A stretch of 64,000 nt of DNA, taken from contig PMCA01000004.1 in NCBI GenBank assembly GCA_003153935.1, positions 19,933 to 83,932 of the forward strand. Reading direction: 5' to 3'. This stretch comes from Elusimicrobiota bacterium. GTDB lineage: Bacteria; CAYTYR01; UBA6262. This document shows positions 42,209 to 51,141 of the stretch, in pieces (positions within the stretch are counted from its first letter, which is position 1; each line of letters begins with the position of its first letter). A program made the translations under genes and the position numbers. Below the pieces are notes generated by a model. It had not been told where the DNA came from. It saw nothing but the letters and a program-made list of their open reading frames with translations, and made no database searches.

Positions 42209-42966
42209 CCAAACCGTCCTACTATATAATCATTGGTACGCTGGTCAACCGGCGCGGTGAAGATCTTTTCCGTCTGGCCTATCTCGATCATCTCCCCGCT
42301 TAAGAAAAAAGCGGTCCGGTCAGCTACGCGCGCGGCCTGTTTGGTGTTATTAGTCACCAGAATGATCGTATATTGTTTCTTTAATTCGCGTAAGGATTCT
42401 TCTATCTTCATGGTAGAAATTGGGTCCAAACCGGAACAAGGTTCGTCCAATAAAATATAATCAGGACGCAAAGCCAGGATCCGAGCCACGCATAATCTTT
42501 GCTGCTGGCCTCCGGATAACTTTAAGGCGCTGGAATCCAATCTGTCCTTTACCTCCTCCCATAAAGTGGTCTGTTTGAGGCAATCAGCCACGAGTTCATT
42601 GAGCTTTCTCCTGCTATGAACACCGGCCATCTTGGGACCAAAGGCCACGTTCTCATAGATGGAGCGGGGCAGGGGCACTGGCGTGGCGAAAACTATGCCA
42701 AGTTTACGTCGTAACTCTACGACGCTCATGTCCGGCGCGTAAATGTCTTTCCCGTCTATTTTCAGGGTGCCTTCCACCCGGGACCCGGGAACTAGGTCGT
42801 TAAGCCGGTTCAAGGAGCGCAGGAAAGTGGATTTGCCGCTGCCGGCTGGCCCAATGATACCCAGTATCTCGTTCCGGAAGACCTGCAGGTTTATTTTTTT
42901 TAGGGTCTGCAAAGGGCCGAAAAAATGGCTGAAATCCCTGGATTCAATAGCTATGTTTGAAGTCAT
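42205..42966 (-). CDS. pstB: Phosphate ABC ATPase with degenerate Q- and H-loops
   Basis: [46 protein letters not shown]. Confidence 0.9.
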   Translation of the reverse strand: MTSNIAIESRDFSHFFGPLQTLKKINLQVFRNEILGIIGPAGSGKSTFLRSLNRLNDLVPGSRVEGTLKIDGKDIYAPDMSVVELRRKLGIVFATPVPLPRSIYENVAFGPKMAGVHSRRKLNELVADCLKQTTLWEEVKDRLDSSALKLSGGQQQRLCVARILALRPDYILLDEPCSGLDPISTMKIEESLRELKKQYTIILVTNNTKQAARVADRTAFFLSGEMIEIGQTEKIFTAPVDQRTNDYIVGRFG

Positions 42967-42977
42967 TTAACCGTTCC

Positions 42978-43814
42978 TCAGGAATATTTCTTCATGAACT
43001 TGTGCATTAAACGGTAAGCGGTGATGTTTATTATCAGGATGGCGATTATCAATACCGCTGCCGTGCCGTAAGCGTTAGGCATGGAGATGCCTTCACGAGC
43101 CAAAATATAGAAGTGGACGGCCATGGTCCGGGAAGACGAAAAGATCGAAGTCGGTATGCGCAAAGCGCTGCCGGCCGTAAAGATCACCGCGGCGGTTTCA
43201 CTGATACTGCGGCCGACACTGAGAATTACCCCCGTAACGATACCCGGCAAGGCGCTGGGCAGAACCACTTTGGTTACGGTCTGCCATTTGGTTCCCCCGA
43301 GTGAAAAACTTACTTCCCGCAGGTTGTAGGGGACTGATTTAAGGGCCTCTTCACTAGTCCGGATGATCGTTGGCAATATCATAAAAGCCAGGGTTAAACT
43401 GCCGCTCAGTATGGACCAGCCGAATTTCAGTTTGGTGACGAACAGGATGAAACCGAACAAACCGAAAATTATTGAAGGAATTCCAGCCAGGCATTCCGAA
43501 CCGAAACGAATTACCCTGGTTATTTTGCTCTCCAAGGTATATTCGGTGAGGTAGATGGCCGTGCCCACTCCCAGTGGCGTGGCTATCAAAATGGCCCCGA
43601 TAGTTAAGGCGATCGTGCCGATAATAGTGGAATAAATACCGCCGCTTTTTCCCATATCGGTCGGGTTGGTGGTCAGGAACTGGTAGTTAAGCACCGGTAA
43701 GCCGTTTTTGAGGATGAAAAATATTATATAGAATAGGATAAATACGGTAATGGCGGTAAACAGCCACAGGATGGATTGTACTACTCTTTGTTCTAGACGC
43801 GGGTTAACGTACAT
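42978..43814 (-). CDS. pstA: Phosphate ABC permease PstA
   Basis: AIYLTEY, LAGIPSIIFGLFG, SEEAL..VP, GR.ISETA. Confidence 0.93.
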   Translation of the reverse strand: MYVNPRLEQRVVQSILWLFTAITVFILFYIIFFILKNGLPVLNYQFLTTNPTDMGKSGGIYSTIIGTIALTIGAILIATPLGVGTAIYLTEYTLESKITRVIRFGSECLAGIPSIIFGLFGFILFVTKLKFGWSILSGSLTLAFMILPTIIRTSEEALKSVPYNLREVSFSLGGTKWQTVTKVVLPSALPGIVTGVILSVGRSISETAAVIFTAGSALRIPTSIFSSSRTMAVHFYILAREGISMPNAYGTAAVLIIAILIINITAYRLMHKFMKKYS

Positions 43815-43816
43815 TA

Positions 43817-44677
43817 TTATTTAGTCCTCTGCTTGGCAGCGGTAGCATTGGCGATCGTGTTCAGGATCATAATGATAATGAATAAAATAACCCCGGTAGC
43901 AAAAAGCGCCTGGCGGTGCTCGCCGCTGGCGTAGCCCATTTCCAGGGCGATATTAGAAGTCAGGGTCCTGACCGGATCCAGTACGGAATGGGGGATACTG
44001 ACAGCGTTCCCGGCGATCATGATCACCGCCATGGTCTCGCCTATAGCCCGGCCCATACCCAGGATGATACTGGCGATTATCCCTGATTTAGCCGATGGCA
44101 GGGTGACCATTTTGGTGGTTTGCCATTTAGTAGCTCCCAAGGCGATAGATCCCTCCCGGTAACTGCGCGGTACTGCCTGCAAAGAGTCAATGGAAATGCT
44201 GATGATCGTGGGCAGGATCATAATACCAAGGATGATCGAAGCGGCCAGGACGGAAAGACCGGAACCGCCAAGGTGTTCCCGGATAAAAGGTACCAGGATA
44301 ATAACGCCCATGAAACCGTAGACCACGGAGGGGATACCGGCTAAGAGCTCGATGATGGGTTTGATGATCTGGCGCAGGCGTAAACTGGAGAATTCGGTCA
44401 GGAAGATCGCGCAAGCCAGGCCAAAAGGGATGCCGATTATCAAGGAACCGGCGGTTACCGCCAGCGAACCTATGATCATTGGCAATAAACCGAAACTTTG
44501 TTCGGTAGGATACCAGTCCAGGCCGAAAAGGAACTTATTAACGCCGTATTTGAACATGATCGGCATTCCCTCTTTAAAGATAAAAAGGGTGATGATAGCC
44601 AGGATGGAAATAGCGGAAAGGGCTATCATTAATAAGGCCAGCTGGATCAGTTTTTCGTTTCTCTCCAGAGTAGTCAT
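43817..44677 (-). CDS. pstC: Phosphate ABC permease PstC
   Basis: ELLAGIPSVVYG, GRAIGETMAV, RTLTSNIALEMGYA. Confidence 0.94.
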   Translation of the reverse strand: MTTLERNEKLIQLALLMIALSAISILAIITLFIFKEGMPIMFKYGVNKFLFGLDWYPTEQSFGLLPMIIGSLAVTAGSLIIGIPFGLACAIFLTEFSSLRLRQIIKPIIELLAGIPSVVYGFMGVIILVPFIREHLGGSGLSVLAASIILGIMILPTIISISIDSLQAVPRSYREGSIALGATKWQTTKMVTLPSAKSGIIASIILGMGRAIGETMAVIMIAGNAVSIPHSVLDPVRTLTSNIALEMGYASGEHRQALFATGVILFIIIMILNTIANATAAKQRTK

Positions 44678-45465
44678 TTGGCGGCGATCAAACCTTCTTT
44701 TCTTATTAATTCCTGCCCTTCAGCTGAAAGGACAAAATCAATAAATTCCTTAGTTTCACCGGCTGGTTCATCCTTGGTTACGAACAAGAAAGGCCGGACC
44801 AGTTTATATTTTTTAGTAATTATATTTTCATCGGTGGCCTTGACGCCGTCCAGGTTCATGGCTTTGACCTTTTCGCTGACCAGTCCCAGTGAGATATAGC
44901 CGATAGCATAAGGATCACCGGAAACGATCTCCCGGACCGTGCCGTTAGAATCTTCGACGATGCAACCCCTGAAGATCCGAACCTTTTTCATCACTAGTTC
45001 CTGGAAAGCGCCGCGGGTGCCCGAACCTTCTTCTCGTGTGACCACGTCGATATTTTTATTCTGGCCGCCCAGCTCTTCCCAGTTGCGTATTTTTCCGGCA
45101 AAAATCTGTTTAACCTGTTCGATGCTAAGATTATTGATTAAATTACTAGGGTGCACAATGATCGCTAAACCGTCACGGGCGACAACAATCTCATGTAGAA
45201 CTTTCTCTTCCGGTTTGAGTTCTCGGCTGGAGGTGCCGATGTCAGCCGCGCCGCTTAAGGCGGCCTGGATGCCGGCGCTGGAGCCGCCGCCCTGGACATT
45301 GACTACGCGCCCAGGATGTTCCTCCATATAGACTTCAGACCACTTATCGGCAAAGGGCTGGACGCTGGTGGACCCGGCTACGGTGATACCTTTCTGGCTG
45401 GCATTGCGCCCGCAGCCAACCAGGAAAAGCAGGCATAAAAAAAAGACAAGCAGTTTGCGTTTCAT
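44674..45465 (-). CDS. pstS: Phosphate-binding lipoprotein PstS
   Basis: Lipobox LVGC; GSTSV, GGGSSAG, SSR, REEGSGTR. Confidence 0.93.
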   Translation of the reverse strand: MKRKLLVFFLCLLFLVGCGRNASQKGITVAGSTSVQPFADKWSEVYMEEHPGRVVNVQGGGSSAGIQAALSGAADIGTSSRELKPEEKVLHEIVVARDGLAIIVHPSNLINNLSIEQVKQIFAGKIRNWEELGGQNKNIDVVTREEGSGTRGAFQELVMKKVRIFRGCIVEDSNGTVREIVSGDPYAIGYISLGLVSEKVKAMNLDGVKATDENIITKKYKLVRPFLFVTKDEPAGETKEFIDFVLSAEGQELIRKEGLIAAK

Positions 45466-45473
45466 ATGGGCGC

Positions 45474-45502
45474 ATTATAGCAGTTTTCAAGGTCGGGTTC
45501 AA
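45474..45502 (-). promoter_or_regulatory. Internal promoter for the second pst operon (near-leaderless)
   Basis: Minus strand TTGAAC-N17-TATAAT (extended TG), then 8 nt to ATG; no SD. Confidence 0.65.
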
Positions 45503-45505
45503 TGA

Positions 45506-45901
45506 TTATTTAATTTCTTTGATCAGAGTCAATACTTTTTGTTCAATTTCATCCCTGATCGGTCTTATTTTTTCCAAGGGCTGGCCCTTAGGGTCGGCCA
45601 GGGCCCAATTGATCATTTTGGCGCCGGGAATAAAGGGACAGGTATCACCGCAGCCCATGGTAATCGCATAATCGATCTTGAGATTTATGAACTTTGACAG
45701 TTCCTTGGGCCGGGTTTGGCCTAAATCGATGTTTTTTTCTTTCATAGCTTCAACCACTACCGGGTTTATCTGGGTGGCCGGTTTGGTCCCCGCGCTATAG
45801 GCAGTAAGCTTGTCTGCGCCGTGGAATTTGGCGAAGCCCTCTGCCATCTGGCTGCGGCCGGCGTTCTCGGTGCAAATGAAAAGAAGCGTTTTCTGGGTCA
45901 T
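45506..45901 (-). CDS. arsC: Arsenate reductase, LMW-PTP fold
   Basis: [26 protein letters not shown]...DP, IRDEI. Confidence 0.88.
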   Translation of the reverse strand: MTQKTLLFICTENAGRSQMAEGFAKFHGADKLTAYSAGTKPATQINPVVVEAMKEKNIDLGQTRPKELSKFINLKIDYAITMGCGDTCPFIPGAKMINWALADPKGQPLEKIRPIRDEIEQKVLTLIKEIK

Positions 45902-46659
45902 CCGAACCTCCCGGTTATGTAGTCTTCTGTCTGTTTTTTTGCCGGATTGGTGAATATCTTTTCCGTTTTATCAAATTCGATCAATTCTCCCAGCAGGAAG
46001 AAGCCGGTGTAATCGGAAATACGCGCGGCTTGCTGCATATTATGGGTGACTATGGCGATGGTATATTTTTCTTTAAGCTCATTGATTAATTCTTCGATCT
46101 TGGCGGTGGAGATGGGGTCCAGGGCTGAGCAGGGTTCATCGAACAGTATCACTTCGGGCTCTATAGCCAGGGCCCGGGCGATGCATAATCTTTGCTGTTG
46201 CCCACCTGACAATTCGGAAGCGTTAGCGTCCAGCCGGTCCTGTACTTCTTCCCACAGGGCGGAATTTTTCAGGCTGGTTTCCACCCGGTCAATGATCTCT
46301 CCTTTATTGTTAATACCATTGATGCGCAGGCCGTAGGCAATATTGTCAAATATCGATTTGGGAAAGGGATTGGATTTCTGGAAGACCATGCCGATCTTGC
46401 GGCGTATCTCCACCACGTCAACTTCCGGCGCGTAAATATCCTGCCCGTCCAGGAGGATCGCGCCTTCGACCCGACTGCCTATTATTATATCGTTCATCCG
46501 GTTCAAAATGCGAATAAAAGTGGATTTACCGCAACCGGAAGGGCCGATGACCGCCGTCACCTTATTGCTTTCAATGCCCATGTTAATGTCTTTCAGCGCC
46601 AGGTTCTGCCCATAATAGAAATTAAGGTTTTTTACTTCCATGCGGTTTGTGGTTACCAC
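45898..46659 (-). CDS. pstB: Phosphate ABC ATPase (canonical motifs)
   Basis: [33 protein letters not shown]. Confidence 0.95.
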   Translation of the reverse strand: MVTTNRMEVKNLNFYYGQNLALKDINMGIESNKVTAVIGPSGCGKSTFIRILNRMNDIIIGSRVEGAILLDGQDIYAPEVDVVEIRRKIGMVFQKSNPFPKSIFDNIAYGLRINGINNKGEIIDRVETSLKNSALWEEVQDRLDANASELSGGQQQRLCIARALAIEPEVILFDEPCSALDPISTAKIEELINELKEKYTIAIVTHNMQQAARISDYTGFFLLGELIEFDKTEKIFTNPAKKQTEDYITGRFG

Positions 46660-47516
46660 TTCTTTTTCCTCCTGTAATAGTTGCGGATAACGATGGCTAT
46701 CATATTGATTCCCAGGACCAGGACTATCAAGACCAGGGAGGCGCCATAGGCGATGGCTTTTTGTTCTTTGGGATGACTGCCCTCGGTCATTAAAGCGTAT
46801 ATATGATAAGGAAGGGCCATAACTTCACTGAAAACCGAATTGGGCAGTTTCATGGTGTAAAAAGTCGCCGCGGTGAATAATATCGGAGCAGTTTCACCGG
46901 CCACCCGGCCAACCCCGAGGATGGCCCCGGTAATGATGCCGCCGATGGCGTTAGGCAGGACTATCTTGTAAATGGTCTGCCACTTGGTTGCGCCCAAAGC
47001 CAGTGACGCTTCGCGGAAACCGTTTGGCACTAACAGTAAGGCTTCTTCACTGGCGCGAATAATTACAGGCAGGATCATAATGCCAAGTGTTAAACTTCCG
47101 GAAAGTATGGAAACGCCGAATTTACAATAATTGACGAATAAAGCCAAGCCGAATAAACCAAAAACTATGGATGGTACGCTGGCCAGGTTACTGATGCCGA
47201 TGCGGATCAGGCGGATGACCTTGCCCTGGACGGCGTATTCGGTCATGTAGATAGCGGCCATGATACCTAACGGCAGAGCAAAAAGGATGGCCCCCATGGT
47301 TAAGTAGAAAGTGCCAAGGATGGCGGGAAAGATCCCGCCGGAAGTCATGCCATTCTCCGGCATTTTGGTCAGGAATCCCCAGTTGATAACCTTAATGCCC
47401 CGCACAAATAAAAAATAAAGCAGAATGCCCAATATTATAAAGATTATAAGCGCTGAAGTCCTTAGCGCCAGGAATCCCATTTGTTGTTTAATTTCCCGCC
47501 ATTTGCGGTTATCCAT
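46653..47516 (-). CDS. pstA: Phosphate ABC permease PstA
   Basis: [36 protein letters not shown]. Confidence 0.94.
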   Translation of the reverse strand: MDNRKWREIKQQMGFLALRTSALIIFIILGILLYFLFVRGIKVINWGFLTKMPENGMTSGGIFPAILGTFYLTMGAILFALPLGIMAAIYMTEYAVQGKVIRLIRIGISNLASVPSIVFGLFGLALFVNYCKFGVSILSGSLTLGIMILPVIIRASEEALLLVPNGFREASLALGATKWQTIYKIVLPNAIGGIITGAILGVGRVAGETAPILFTAATFYTMKLPNSVFSEVMALPYHIYALMTEGSHPKEQKAIAYGASLVLIVLVLGINMIAIVIRNYYRRKKKW

Positions 47517-48400
47517 TACACGATCCTTTTCCTGAACCGCTGGGCGATCAGGTCAGCGATAATATTAAAAATAAGGGTCAGGATGAAAAGCACGATGGCG
47601 ATAGCGAAAAGAGAGTAATAGTGATCACTGCCGATAGCAGTCTCACCCATCTCCGCGGCGATGGTAGCGGTCATGGTCCTGACCGGCTGCAGGAAGCCGT
47701 GGGGAATGACGGCGGCACCACCGCCGACCATGAGCACGGTCATGGTTTCGCCGATGGCCCGGCCCATACCCAGTATCACCGCTGAACTTATCCCCGAGAA
47801 AGCGGCCGGGACGGTTACTTTGATGATAGTTTCCCATTTATTAGCGCCCAGGGCGTAGGAGGCTTCTTTGAAACCCCGCGGAACCGCGGAAATACAGTCT
47901 TCGGAAATGCTGGTGATAGTAGGAATAGCCATTATTCCAAGGAGAATGCTGGCATTTAAAGCGTTAAGACCGGTGGGTAATCCAAAAGCCGATTGCAGGA
48001 AAGGAGCGATCACCACCATGCCGAAGAAACCCAGTACTACGGACGGGAAACCGGCCAGGACCTCGACCGTAGGTTTCAGTATCTCCTTCATACGCGGGGA
48101 GGCGATCTCCGATATATAAATAGCGGCTCCGAGTCCTAACGGGACTGCCACAATGATTGAGCCGATAGTGACCCATAAAGATCCCATGATCAGCGGGAAA
48201 GCGCCGAACTCAGGCGGATCGAAGGTAGGGTACCAGTGCCGGCCGAATAAAAAATCCGCTACCTTGATATCCTTAAAGAGAGGCAGACCCTCTTTGAACA
48301 AAACAATGACGATTCCCAATAGGAAAATATTCGAGAGGAAGGCAAAGGCCAGGAAAAACCATTCTAATAATTTTTCTTTTGTCTTATTTAAGATCATCAT
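47516..48400 (-). CDS. pstC: Phosphate ABC permease PstC
   Basis: EVLAGFPSVVLG, GRAIGETM, RTMTATIAAEMGE. Confidence 0.94.
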   Translation of the reverse strand: MMILNKTKEKLLEWFFLAFAFLSNIFLLGIVIVLFKEGLPLFKDIKVADFLFGRHWYPTFDPPEFGAFPLIMGSLWVTIGSIIVAVPLGLGAAIYISEIASPRMKEILKPTVEVLAGFPSVVLGFFGMVVIAPFLQSAFGLPTGLNALNASILLGIMAIPTITSISEDCISAVPRGFKEASYALGANKWETIIKVTVPAAFSGISSAVILGMGRAIGETMTVLMVGGGAAVIPHGFLQPVRTMTATIAAEMGETAIGSDHYYSLFAIAIVLFILTLIFNIIADLIAQRFRKRIV

Positions 48401-48446
48401 CAGTTCCTTGACCGCTATTATAGCACTTCTATTAAAAAAAGCAATT

Positions 48447-48488
48447 GGCTAAAGGCGCTGGAATAGGGGATTCCAAGCACCTTTAGCC
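48447..48488 (-). terminator. Long hairpin between pstS and pstC (terminator or mRNA stabiliser)
   Basis: Minus strand GGCTAAAGGTGCT-TGGAAT / ATTCC-AGCGCCTTTAGCC, with a T7 run a few nt later. Confidence 0.7.
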
Positions 48489-48516
48489 TGGGTGTAAACA
48501 TATGGGATTACTATGT

Positions 48517-49332
48517 TTACTTTACCGCGACAAAACCCTGGTCTTCGACCATTTTCTGGCCTTCCGGGCTCATAATATAGTCGATAAATTGCTTAGCTAA
48601 GCCCTTAGGATCACCGTTGGTATACATATATAACGGCCGGCTGATAGGATACTTACCGCTGATGACAGTTTCTTTATTCGCGGTTATGCCGTTAACTACC
48701 AGAGCTTTTATCTCATCGGTCACGTAACCTAAACCAACATAACCGATCGCGCCGGGGGTGCTGGCTACAGTGGTCAATACAGCCTGGTTTGAGGCCAGCA
48801 TCAGGGCATCTTCCCGTACTTTTGACCCTTTCAGCACTTTTTCGTTGAAAACTTCAAAGGTGCCGCTGGAGGAATCTCGTGATACCACTACTAATGAACC
48901 GCCGGATCCACCCGCATCGCTCCATTTAAGTATCTCACCCGAGTATATTTTCTTCAGGGTGTCCAGGTTGATGCTGTTAATGTTATTAGCTTTATTCACG
49001 ATCACGCAAATACCGTCTTTGGCAATGATGTTAGCGAACATGGTCACGCCTTTGCCCCGGGCGGTAGCGATCTCTTTGGCTTTCGCCGCGCGGGAAGAAT
49101 CCCCGATATCCACGGTTCCATCAACGATCGCCTGGATGCCGACTCCCGAACCTCCGCCTCTGACGCTCACATCAACAGACGGATTCGCTTTCATGAAATC
49201 TTCCGCCCCTTTCTGGGCGATCGGTAGTACGGTGGTCGAGCCGCTTAAGGTCAGTTTCTGACCGGCTGTTAAATTGCCGGCCAGCAGGCCCACCAGGCCT
49301 AACAAACATATTGTTTTTATGATTTTCTTCAT
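48517..49332 (-). CDS. pstS: Periplasmic phosphate-binding protein PstS
   Basis: GSTTVLP, GGGSGVG, SSR, SRDSSSGT, YPISRPLY. Confidence 0.93.
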   Translation of the reverse strand: MKKIIKTICLLGLVGLLAGNLTAGQKLTLSGSTTVLPIAQKGAEDFMKANPSVDVSVRGGGSGVGIQAIVDGTVDIGDSSRAAKAKEIATARGKGVTMFANIIAKDGICVIVNKANNINSINLDTLKKIYSGEILKWSDAGGSGGSLVVVSRDSSSGTFEVFNEKVLKGSKVREDALMLASNQAVLTTVASTPGAIGYVGLGYVTDEIKALVVNGITANKETVISGKYPISRPLYMYTNGDPKGLAKQFIDYIMSPEGQKMVEDQGFVAVK

Positions 49333-49349
49333 CTTTTTCTCCTTTTATA

Positions 49350-50417
49350 TTATTGTGCGAATACGCGCGCGAAACTCCAGGCGATCTGTCCCAGGTATTG
49401 AGTGGTCGTGGCTACCGTGCTGTCCTCAGGCTTGTCCTGCTGGTAGTTCAACTGCAATAAAACGCCTTTAGTCAGAGCGTAGTTTACGCCTATTATAGTA
49501 GTAGCCACTTTGTCATTGGCTTTATCTTTATTAGGATCCCAGCTGTCATATCTGGCCAAAACGGTCCATTCAGGGGTGATCTGGTAAGAAGGCATGATAG
49601 AGTAACCGCTCTTCTTCACATTCGTGTAGGTATTCGTGGTAGTACTATAGGTATCGACATTCTGGCCTATATATTCCGCCCACATATCGAACGGACCATA
49701 GGCGGTGCGGAGCATGCCGACCGCCAAATGATTCTTATTATAAGCGGTATTGCCGATCGGGGTAACGGTACCCTGCAATTCACTCTTGTAGCTGCCGCCA
49801 ACCGTGATACCCGGCACAGGAATGACCCTGACATCAGCTACGAAAGCCGGCTCGGTATTGATATCCGGGCTCAGTTCCTTCTTGTAGCCTTCTCCATTAT
49901 ATATACCGGCTTCATAAGAACCATAACCCATGGGGAAATAGCCATTGAGGATGATCCCGTTATCCGCAGAAGCATCGATGCCGTTCTTATCGATGAATTC
50001 CTTTTCAATAATACGGTAATCATAGTCATAGATCAAACCTACGTAGTTCTTCTGCAAGCCGACCGTCAGTTTGCTTTCCGGCAGATAGAAGGGGAGATCC
50101 ACATAGCTTTCTTTCAACTTGATACCGGCTCCATTCACGTAATTGCTGGTTTTGTCGGAATAAAAATCCGCGGTCCATTGCCCTTTAATGGTATCAGTGA
50201 ACTGATAGGCGTAACGGACATAGCCACGGTCGACGGAAAAGCCGGCATCGGTTACAGTTTTGTCAGTTTTAGTTGGTCCTTGCAAGTCCTTGCTGACCAC
50301 TCTGGTTCTTAGCCAGTTCGTTCCGGAAAAGGTCCAGTCACCGGCTGCCGCAAAGGCTATTTGACTTAAACTTAGAGCTAAACACGAAATAAACAGTATT
50401 TTTACTAACTTACGCAT
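49350..50417 (-). CDS. Outer-membrane porin, putatively phosphate-selective
   Basis: Signal peptide, alternating beta-strands, DNG, GIYNGEG, ARYD.WDP; first gene of the pst run. Confidence 0.75.
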   Translation of the reverse strand: MRKLVKILFISCLALSLSQIAFAAAGDWTFSGTNWLRTRVVSKDLQGPTKTDKTVTDAGFSVDRGYVRYAYQFTDTIKGQWTADFYSDKTSNYVNGAGIKLKESYVDLPFYLPESKLTVGLQKNYVGLIYDYDYRIIEKEFIDKNGIDASADNGIILNGYFPMGYGSYEAGIYNGEGYKKELSPDINTEPAFVADVRVIPVPGITVGGSYKSELQGTVTPIGNTAYNKNHLAVGMLRTAYGPFDMWAEYIGQNVDTYSTTTNTYTNVKKSGYSIMPSYQITPEWTVLARYDSWDPNKDKANDKVATTIIGVNYALTKGVLLQLNYQQDKPEDSTVATTTQYLGQIAWSFARVFAQ

Positions 50418-50545
50418 TACATCCTCCTTGAATTAGATTCGATTTACTTGCTGTGAAGCCGAACTCGCACCTCCTTCCATTCAGGTAGTATGATAACTAA
50501 CTGTTACTTATGACTTAATTATATTAAATGCGCATTACCGGTAAA

Positions 50546-50950
50546 TTACCTGTAGGTTAAATCTAAGTTAAAGTAACTGACCGGGTTTTTCATCGTTTTA
50601 TTGATCAAACTGGTCAATTCGGCGATATCAAAAGGCTTGATCACATATTCGCTGGCCCCTAACTTAAAAGAGTTGGCGATCCGGTCTTTTTGTTTGAGGG
50701 CGCTGATGATTACCACCGGTATCTTGGATAACCTCATGTTGCGTTTTAACAAAAGCAGGATATCCAGCCCGCTCAACCCCGGCAGCATCAGGTCCAGCAG
50801 TATAACATCCGGCTTAACTGATTTAGCGGTCTCCAGGACATGATCCCCGTCATACAGGCCGACGCAGGTGAACCCGGCTTTTTCCAGGTTGTAAGTCAGA
50901 AGTTCAACGATGTCTTTATCGTCATCAATGATCATTATCTTTTTAGCCAT
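50546..50950 (-). CDS. Single-domain response regulator, PhoB-receiver-like
   Basis: IDDD, LLDLMLP, ISA, KPF; no DNA-binding domain. Confidence 0.88.
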   Translation of the reverse strand: MAKKIMIIDDDKDIVELLTYNLEKAGFTCVGLYDGDHVLETAKSVKPDVILLDLMLPGLSGLDILLLLKRNMRLSKIPVVIISALKQKDRIANSFKLGASEYVIKPFDIAELTSLINKTMKNPVSYFNLDLTYR

Positions 50951-51005
50951 GTTTTTTATCCCAGTCCTCTGGGATTCCTCCTCTATTTTTTAATTGTCTG
51001 GGATA

Positions 51006-51059
51006 ATTATAACGGAGCGATACTAAATAGGAATTAAGAGTAAGTTAAATCCGGGTAAA
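51006..51059 (-). promoter_or_regulatory. Pho-box-like array (4 hexamers, 11-nt period) plus -10
   Basis: Minus strand TTTACC-N5-TTAACT-N5-TTAATT-N5-TTAGTA-N9-TATAAT. Confidence 0.65.
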
Positions 51060-51064
51060 ACAAA

Positions 51065-51093
51065 ACCCCCTGTTTAAGAGCTAAACAGGGGGT
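51065..51093 (-). terminator. Intrinsic terminator after phoR
   Basis: ACCCCCTGTTTA / TAAACAGGGGGT, T-rich tail on the minus strand. Confidence 0.8.
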
Positions 51094-51141
51094 AGATTTT
51101 ATGAATTTGTGAAATAGTGAATGGTGAATAGGGAAAAGGGG

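Noticed and set aside
50432-50479. 15-codon uORF and extra AGGAGG in the porin leader
   Set aside because: No SD for its ATG, no start codon properly spaced after the extra SD, and unremarkable peptide.
50490-50545. Pho-like hexamers upstream of the porin gene
   Set aside because: Two 11-nt pairs are out of register with each other; plausible but too weak to list as a feature.
51109-51141. GTGAAT(A/G)-like short tandem repeats after phoR
   Set aside because: Three or four degenerate units with no assignable function.
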